41,765 bases of DNA from an uncultured delta proteobacterium (GTDB lineage: Bacteria > Myxococcota > Myxococcia > Myxococcales > Myxococcaceae): contig CAVYSY010000019.1 of NCBI GenBank assembly GCA_963771175.1, positions 1 through 41,765 of the forward strand, given 5' to 3'. Positions 20,027 through 26,063 of this stretch are shown piece by piece (positions within the stretch are counted from its first letter, which is position 1; the number at the start of each line of letters is the position of its first letter). The position numbers were made by a program, and so were the translations under genes. Below the pieces are notes generated by a model. It saw nothing but the letters and a program-made list of their open reading frames with translations. It was not told the origin of the DNA and did no database searches.

Positions 20027-21436
20027 GTGCTTGTCGTGGCCCCTCTCCCCCTGCTCGTCCTGGTGCTGGCGCTCTGCGCCTGCCACCCGGAGGCGCTGCG
20101 TCCTCCCCGTCCCTCGGAGGAGCCGGAGGCGCTGCGCTACCACGTCACCTATGTCCGGGAGCCCGAGCCCTCGCTGGACGTGGAGATCACCCGTACCCGC
20201 GGCGACTCGCCGCTCGATTTCCTCTTCAGCCAGCCCGGCGGAGTCTCACGGGTGCGCGCCGTGGACCCGAAGGGGCCGGTCCACGCGCTGACGGTGTCCG
20301 CGGAGGGCCGCGTCATTGCCCCGCCGGGCACGCGCTTCCTGCGCTACCGCTACCCGCTGGATGCGCGTGCCAGCAGGGGGGGATGGGGCTTCTCCGCCGG
20401 CATGGGCGAGGGCGACGCGTGGCACGTCGCGGGCCGGGCGTGGTTGCTGCGCCCGCGCACGGTGATGCCGTCGATGCGCGCGGCGCTCGTGGTGGAGGGA
20501 GTGGACGCGCTGCTGCCCTGGGAACCAGACTCGGGGGGCGTCTACGCGCTGCGGGGCGAGGATCTGGTGGACTCGGGGCTCCACGGCTTCGGCGGACGGC
20601 GGTGCACGGCGCGGCTGCGGGGCTCGGTGTTGGAGGTGGCGCTGCTCGGGCGCTTCTCCCTCATGGATGACGCGGCCCTCTGCGAGTGGCTCCGCCAGTC
20701 CGCCGAGGTGGTGCTCACGGTGCGGCACACCTTCCCGTATCCGCGCATCACCGTGCGCCTCGTCTCCGTGCCGGGCCGCGAGTCCTCCGCGCTCTTCGGC
20801 ACGGTGCAGTGGAGCTCGCCGCCGAGCATCTCCATCCTCGTGGGCCAGGACTCGTCGCCCGAGTCCTTCAAGGAGGACTGGGTGGCCGTCCACGAGCTCC
20901 TCCACCTGGCGCACCCGCCCATCCTCCCGCGCGTGCCGTGGCTGACCGAGGGACTGGCCACCTACTACACGGAGGTGGGGCGGGCGCGCTCGGGATTGCT
21001 CTCGCCCCAGCAGGCGTGGGCGGGGCTGCTCGCCGGTTTCGCTCGGGGTCACGCCGCCGCGGCGGGGCGGACGATGCGGGACGTCGTCGACTCCGGTGAC
21101 TCCTATATGGGGACGTACTGGACGGGCGCGCTCTTCTCCCTGCACCTCGACGTGGAGCTGCGCCGCGCCACCGACAACCGCCACGGCCTGGACGAGGTGC
21201 TCGAGCGGCTCGCCGCTTCTGGCTTCACTGCAACTTTCGACGCTTTCGGTGCCGAGGTGGATGCCGTGGCCGGCCGGCCGCTCTTCCGTTCGCTGCTGTC
21301 GCGCCACCTGGACTCGCCTGCTTTTGCCGAGCAGGGGGCTTTGCTAGAAGCCCTGGGTGTGGAGGGCGGGCCGGACGGCGTCAGGCTCGGAGCGGCGCGT
21401 GACAGCTCGTTGCGCGAAGCCCTGGAGGGCCGGTGA
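20027..21436 (+). CDS. M61 glycyl-aminopeptidase-like (gluzincin) metallopeptidase, probable lipoprotein
   Basis: HELLH, WLTEGLATYY, Y..GAL..L.LDVELR; N-terminal hydrophobic stretch ending LCAC. Confidence 0.8.
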   Translation: MLVVAPLPLLVLVLALCACHPEALRPPRPSEEPEALRYHVTYVREPEPSLDVEITRTRGDSPLDFLFSQPGGVSRVRAVDPKGPVHALTVSAEGRVIAPPGTRFLRYRYPLDARASRGGWGFSAGMGEGDAWHVAGRAWLLRPRTVMPSMRAALVVEGVDALLPWEPDSGGVYALRGEDLVDSGLHGFGGRRCTARLRGSVLEVALLGRFSLMDDAALCEWLRQSAEVVLTVRHTFPYPRITVRLVSVPGRESSALFGTVQWSSPPSISILVGQDSSPESFKEDWVAVHELLHLAHPPILPRVPWLTEGLATYYTEVGRARSGLLSPQQAWAGLLAGFARGHAAAAGRTMRDVVDSGDSYMGTYWTGALFSLHLDVELRRATDNRHGLDEVLERLAASGFTATFDAFGAEVDAVAGRPLFRSLLSRHLDSPAFAEQGALLEALGVEGGPDGVRLGAARDSSLREALEGR

Positions 21437-21446
21437 TGGAGCGTCT

Positions 21447-21471
21447 GTAACCGGATATTTCCTGGCGCGTA
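21447..21471 (+). promoter_or_regulatory. ECF sigma-type promoter for the MNIO cluster
   Basis: GTAACC-N15-CGTA, ~65 bp before the precursor ATG, resembling SigF/EcfF-type GTAAC...CG[AT]A promoters. Confidence 0.55.
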
Positions 21472-21537
21472 TTTCGGACCGCGAATCCCATTCGCAGTCA
21501 GCACCTCACAACCCACGCAGCACGAAAGGAAGCTCCC

Positions 21538-21801
21538 ATGAACGTCAAGGCCATGGCCGCCATCGTCGGTACCCTCTCCCTCGGCGCGCTCGCCACCGGC
21601 TGTGCGACCGCGAAGCCCGCGACCGCCGCCGCCACCGAGGAGAAGGGCAGCGAGGCGGCCTGCAAGGGTGAGGCTGCCGCCACCTCCGAGAAGGGCGCCG
21701 AGCAGAGCTGCAAGGGCGACGCGGCCGCCACCACCGAGAAGGCCGCCGAGCACTCCTGCGGCGCCAGCGGCTGCGGCGGCGCTGCTCCCAAGAAGGAGTA
21801 A
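21538..21801 (+). CDS. Putative MNIO RiPP precursor: small lipoprotein with Cys-containing repeats
   Basis: AAGGA RBS; lipobox LATG-C22; repeats with E-x-x-C-[KG]; terminal GCGG; directly upstream of DUF692. Confidence 0.85.
   Translation: MNVKAMAAIVGTLSLGALATGCATAKPATAAATEEKGSEAACKGEAAATSEKGAEQSCKGDAAATTEKAAEHSCGASGCGGAAPKKE
21625..21768 (+). repeat. Three tandem 48-nt (16-aa) repeats in the precursor
   Basis: AAATEEKGSEAACKGE / AAATSEKGAEQSCKGD / AAATTEKAAEHSCGAS. Confidence 0.9.
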
Positions 21802-21825
21802 TCGCCAGTTCGCGGTGGTTTCTTC

Positions 21826-21868
21826 CGGGCGGCGGGGAGGGCTCCTTCCTGCCGCCCGTGTTGTTTTT
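21826..21868 (+). terminator. Intrinsic terminator-like hairpin between precursor and MNIO gene
   Basis: CGGGCGGCGGGGAGG-GCT-CCTTCCTGCCGCCCG forms a 15-bp stem with 2 G-U pairs, followed by TGTTGTTTTT. Confidence 0.75.
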
Positions 21869-21882
21869 CCGAGGGAGTCGAC

Positions 21883-22731
21883 GTGCCGGTGAGCTACGCG
21901 CAGAGACACGGGTTGAAGCCACTGGGGGCGGGCATCGGGTTGCGGCGCGAGTTCTACGCGCAGCTCCCGGAGACCTCCCGCCAGTTGGACTGGGTGGAGA
22001 TCATCCCCGAGAACTTCCTCACGCTCGGCGGCCGTCCGCAGCGAGCGCTGGATGCGTGCGTGGAGCGCTGGTCGGTGCTGCCCCACGGCGTCGCGCTGAA
22101 CATCGGAGGGCCGGAGCCGCTGGACGAGGACTACCTCTCGCGGCTGAAGGCGCTGGTGGAGCGGGTGGACGCGCCCTTCTTCTCGGACCACCTCTGCTAC
22201 ACGCGGCTGGGCGGGGCATACCTCTATGACCTGCTGCCGCTGCCCTTCTCGGAGGAGGCGGTGGAGCACGTGGTGCCGCGGGTGCGCGAGGTGAAGGCGC
22301 GGGTGGAGCGGCCCTTCCTGCTGGAGAACCCGAGCTACTACGCGCGCATGCCCGGGGGCACGCTCGGAGAGGCGGCTTTCCTGCGGCACGTGGCCGAGGA
22401 GGCGGACTGCGGCCTCCTGCTGGACGTCAACAACGTGTACGTGAACGCCCAGAACCACGGGTATGACCCGAGGGCCTTCGTGGACGCGCTGCCGCTGGAG
22501 CGGGTGGTGCAGATCCACCTGGCGGGACACGAACGACAGCCGGACGTCCTCATCGACACGCACGGCGCGCCGGTCTGCGACGACGTCTGGTCGCTGTACC
22601 GCTACGTGCTGGAGCGGATGGGCCCGGTGTCGACGCTGATTGAGTGGGACCAGGACATCCCCTCGCTGGACGCGGTGCTGGACGAGGCGGACCGGGCGCG
22701 CGCGGTGCTGGCGAAGGTGGGGACGCGATGA
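21883..22731 (+). CDS. DUF692 family multinuclear non-heme iron oxidative enzyme (MNIO; BufB/HvfB-like)
   Basis: GIGLR, EIIPENF, HGVALNIGG, FSDHL, YDLLPLP, LLENPS, LLLDVNNVYVN, QIHLAGH, IDTHG, LIEWD. Confidence 0.95.
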   Translation: MPVSYAQRHGLKPLGAGIGLRREFYAQLPETSRQLDWVEIIPENFLTLGGRPQRALDACVERWSVLPHGVALNIGGPEPLDEDYLSRLKALVERVDAPFFSDHLCYTRLGGAYLYDLLPLPFSEEAVEHVVPRVREVKARVERPFLLENPSYYARMPGGTLGEAAFLRHVAEEADCGLLLDVNNVYVNAQNHGYDPRAFVDALPLERVVQIHLAGHERQPDVLIDTHGAPVCDDVWSLYRYVLERMGPVSTLIEWDQDIPSLDAVLDEADRARAVLAKVGTR

Positions 22732-23444
22732 AACCCGGGCTGCGCGGCTTCTTCGATTCGATGACGGAGTACTTCGCGGCTCCGGGCCCGGAGGCGCTGG
22801 AGCGGCTGTACTCGGCGCATCCGGGCTGGGACGCACCGCGCACGCGGGTGGCTCTCTACGGCCGCCTGGTGGGGCACCACGTGAAGGCCACGCTGGAGAA
22901 GCTCTATCCGCTGGCGTGGGCGAGCGTGGGCGAGGAGCGGTGGGTGGAGTTGGTGCGCGCGTACGAGGCCTCGAGGCCCGTGCGGCCCTTCGAGCTCAAC
23001 CACGTGGGCGAGGGCTTCCCGGCCTTCCTCGCGGACGAGGTGGAACGGCGCGGGCTTCCCGCGTTCCTGCCCGCGCTGGCGCGCTTCGAGTGGACGGACT
23101 TCGCGGTGTACACGTCGCCCGAGCCGGTGTCCGACAAGGTGGAGCGGCTCACGGTGAACCCGACACTGGTGGTGCTGGAGCACCCCTTCCACCTCTGCGC
23201 CTACGTGCGGGCGAAGGGGCAGGGGACGCCGACGCCGGGGCAGGAGATGGCGCTGATGTGGCGGCACCCGGAGCGGCTCGTGACGATGTTCCTGGCCGCG
23301 AATGATCGGTCGCTGCTGGCGGTGAAGATGGCGCTGGAGGGGCTGACGCCGGCCCAGGTGGCCGCGGCGACGGGCGTGGCCGAGGCCGACATCCGCACCG
23401 CGGTGGACGCGTGCGTGCAGGAAGGCCTCGTCCTGTCACCGTGA
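22728..23444 (+). CDS. DUF2063 family MNIO partner protein (BufC/HvfC-like)
   Basis: ATGA overlap with DUF692; R..LY..LV......L...YP, GE..W..LV..Y, GEGFPAFL and LARFEW pattern. Confidence 0.85.
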   Translation: MKPGLRGFFDSMTEYFAAPGPEALERLYSAHPGWDAPRTRVALYGRLVGHHVKATLEKLYPLAWASVGEERWVELVRAYEASRPVRPFELNHVGEGFPAFLADEVERRGLPAFLPALARFEWTDFAVYTSPEPVSDKVERLTVNPTLVVLEHPFHLCAYVRAKGQGTPTPGQEMALMWRHPERLVTMFLAANDRSLLAVKMALEGLTPAQVAAATGVAEADIRTAVDACVQEGLVLSP

Positions 23445-23481
23445 GGCTCTCGCCGGGCGGCGGATGACTCCCGCCCGGGGG

Positions 23482-23510
23482 GGCGGCTCCGGCACGAGAC
23501 CGGAGCCGCC
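23482..23510. terminator. GC-rich hairpin between convergent genes
   Basis: GGCGGCTCCGG-CACGAGA-CCGGAGCCGCC, a perfect 11-bp stem; a second hairpin lies just upstream. Confidence 0.6.
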
Positions 23511-23522
23511 GGGGGCATGATG

Positions 23523-25901
23523 CTAGTTGATGACGATCTGGCAGACGTTGCCCGCCGCCGTGTTGCACCTCAGACCCTCGCAGCACGCGCTGCCGCCGGC
23601 GCAGGACTGACCCGCTCCGGAGCACGGCGGCCGGCAGGTGCAGTCCCCGCCCTGGCAGTCGGCGCCCGCCGCATCCAGGCAGCGGTTGCCATCGCAGCAG
23701 GGCGCGGCGGCAGAGCACTTCTCGAACGCCGGAGCGCACTGGGGGATGGGCTTGCACACGCAGGCGCCATCCACGGAGCAGGGGATGGGCGGATCCTGGT
23801 TGAGCTGCACGCACTGCAGACCGTTGCAGCAGGTGGCGCCGCCCGAGCCGCAGCCCTCCTCGACGGTGGCGCACCCGTTGCTCACGAAGTACTCGGCCCA
23901 CTGGGCGATGTGGTTGGACGTGGTGAGGTCCTGGAAGGGCAGCGCGAAGGCCGGGTAGGAGGGATCCTCTCCCGCGGCCAGCTTCTCCGGGTCCACCGCC
24001 GCCATCCACAGCAGGGTGCCCTTGGTGGTCTCCGAGGAGCCATTGACCTGGATGGTCTTGCGCAGGCCGTACATGCGGCTGGAGGAGAACGTCACCCACA
24101 TCAGCCGGCTGCTGTCCGAGCTGGTGCCCCGCGTCACGAAGGGGCTCCACTTCGGGTAGCTGTTGGTCAGGTTCGTCTCCCCCTGGTCCAGGAGGCCGGG
24201 GGCGTTGGCGCGCGTCAGCTTCACCGGGGTCGCGTTGGCCTGCAGCTTCGCGGCCCACAGCGTCGCGCTCGGATCCGTGTCCGCGTTGCAGTGCGTGTCG
24301 ACGTCCTTGCCAGCCGGGCAGGTGGACTCGTTGTACACGAGGAAGGACGAGTCGGGCGCGATGGCCGGGTAGTAGCGGTGATTGCCGGACTTCGCTGGGA
24401 CCACCGTCACCGGGGCGCTCCAGCTGCCATCCGTCTGCGCCGTCACCATCTTGATGGCGCCCTTGTAGTTGCGCTGGTTCGTATTGCGGACACCCACGGA
24501 CGTATAGGCGATCGTCTTCCCATCCGCGCTCCAGTCCGGGTGACTGGTGGGGTTGGTGGAGTCACCGGTACCGGCGATCTCGCCTTCCTTGAGGCCGGTG
24601 GTGCCGTTGAAGAGGAGCAGGTTGTAGGTCGAGGCACCGCTGTCGCTATAGACGCCGACGAACTTGCTGCCGTCCGGGTTCCATGACTCGAAGGTGCTCA
24701 GCCTGGCGCCGCTGTTCACCAGGTTCGTCTTGCTGGTGGGGGTGAAGGTGCTCAAGTCCACCAGGGCGAGCCGGCCGTCGTTCTGGCCGTTGACCTCGGC
24801 CACCAGCTTCTTGCCGTTGCGGCTCAGCGCATGGCAGCCCACGCAGCTGACGCTGGTGTTGATGTTGCTGGCGTTCAGCACGGGAGAGGCCTTGTCCGTT
24901 GCCGGGCCAGCGAAGTCGTAGCGCACGATGCCGGTGGGGGTGGTGGTGGTCCAGTAGTAGAGCGCGCCCTTGAGCTCGGAGCGGGCGAACTGGAGGGCGA
25001 TGGGCTGGGAGACGCTCACCGGGCCACCCGCGTCATCCGTGGCGCGCAGGGTGAGCTGCAGGGGCTGGCCGCCGCGGTTGCTCTCGGCCACGAAGTTCCA
25101 CACGTCCTTGGCGGGCGTGTAGATGCAGGCGCGGGTCTCGCCCGCCGGTATCTCGACGCTGCTCGGCTTGTAGCAGCGCAGGTAGACGCGCACGTCGGTG
25201 ATGGCGTTGGTGAAGGCCAGCTCGAAGAGGGTGTTGCTGTCGAGCCCGGGCAGGAAGTGGATCTCCAGCTGCCCGAGGTTGGGTGGCACCATGACGCCGT
25301 GGTTGGGGTAGACGATCCGCGGCTTCTTGTGCGTGGGGTCCGTGTCCAACGGGCCGTCGAACTTCGTCTCCGGCTGCGAGGGCAGGGGCGTGGCGCCGGA
25401 AGCGCCCGAGGCGCTGTCCGAGGTGGTGTCCGGCACCTTCTGCTCGAGCTTCACCGTGAGCGGGGTGGAGGTGGACGTGGTGCCCAGCCGGGCGCGCACG
25501 ATGGTGGCGCCGCCCACCGTGGTCGTCGAGGTGAAGGTGGTGCCGCCGAAGGTGCCCACCCGCGTGTCGTCCACGCTGAAGCTGGCCTGCGACGTCACGT
25601 CCTCCGAGTGACCGTCGGAGAAGAGGCCGGTGACGGTGTACTTCTGGGAGACCGGCGTGCTGCCCTTGACGACGAGTGTGACGTTCGCGGGAGAGAGGGT
25701 GAGTGAGGTGACCGTGACGCCACCGTCGCCGGGGTCGACGTTTCCGCCGTCTCCTCCGTCGGTGTTCGTGCCGTCCCCGCCGTCCTGCCCGCCGTCCGCC
25801 ACGTTACCGCTGTCGGGCCTTCCGGGCGTGGTGCCACAGGAACAACCCGACAGCGCGGTCGCTGCCATGAGGATGCCGATGAGCCAGGTTTTCTTCCACA
25901 T
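23523..25901 (-). CDS. Lipoprotein with Ig-like domain, TolB/PD40-like propeller, CxxCH motif and Cys-rich C-terminal repeats
   Basis: MWKK...LSGC lipobox; DGG linker; VTSLTLSP..EDVT Ig-like segment; CVGCH; HPDWSADG, YPAIAPD and YPKWSP PD40-type repeats; three C-x6-C-x5/6-CC-x4-C units. Confidence 0.8.
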   Translation of the reverse strand: MWKKTWLIGILMAATALSGCSCGTTPGRPDSGNVADGGQDGGDGTNTDGGDGGNVDPGDGGVTVTSLTLSPANVTLVVKGSTPVSQKYTVTGLFSDGHSEDVTSQASFSVDDTRVGTFGGTTFTSTTTVGGATIVRARLGTTSTSTPLTVKLEQKVPDTTSDSASGASGATPLPSQPETKFDGPLDTDPTHKKPRIVYPNHGVMVPPNLGQLEIHFLPGLDSNTLFELAFTNAITDVRVYLRCYKPSSVEIPAGETRACIYTPAKDVWNFVAESNRGGQPLQLTLRATDDAGGPVSVSQPIALQFARSELKGALYYWTTTTPTGIVRYDFAGPATDKASPVLNASNINTSVSCVGCHALSRNGKKLVAEVNGQNDGRLALVDLSTFTPTSKTNLVNSGARLSTFESWNPDGSKFVGVYSDSGASTYNLLLFNGTTGLKEGEIAGTGDSTNPTSHPDWSADGKTIAYTSVGVRNTNQRNYKGAIKMVTAQTDGSWSAPVTVVPAKSGNHRYYPAIAPDSSFLVYNESTCPAGKDVDTHCNADTDPSATLWAAKLQANATPVKLTRANAPGLLDQGETNLTNSYPKWSPFVTRGTSSDSSRLMWVTFSSSRMYGLRKTIQVNGSSETTKGTLLWMAAVDPEKLAAGEDPSYPAFALPFQDLTTSNHIAQWAEYFVSNGCATVEEGCGSGGATCCNGLQCVQLNQDPPIPCSVDGACVCKPIPQCAPAFEKCSAAAPCCDGNRCLDAAGADCQGGDCTCRPPCSGAGQSCAGGSACCEGLRCNTAAGNVCQIVIN

Positions 25902-26063
25902 GGCTGGCCAAGCTAGCGCCATTTTCGACACCGTGCTCACGGTGGCCACGTCTGTTCGCTGGGTTCTCCACTCGCGTCACAAGCTTGAAGCGTCGTGGCA
26001 ACGCAAGTGGATGCAATCGCGAGTTTTCCCAAATTCTCAGGGAGCGACTCACGTCTGGCGAAG

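Noticed and set aside
21625..21768. CRISPR-like or non-coding repeat array
   Set aside because: The repeats are in-frame 48-nt coding units with synonymous variation and no spacers. No CRISPR array or cas gene is seen in the window.
25929..25944. Palindrome CACCGTG-CT-CACGGTG upstream of the TolB-like lipoprotein
   Set aside because: Single occurrence in GC-rich DNA; could be an operator but there is no supporting evidence.
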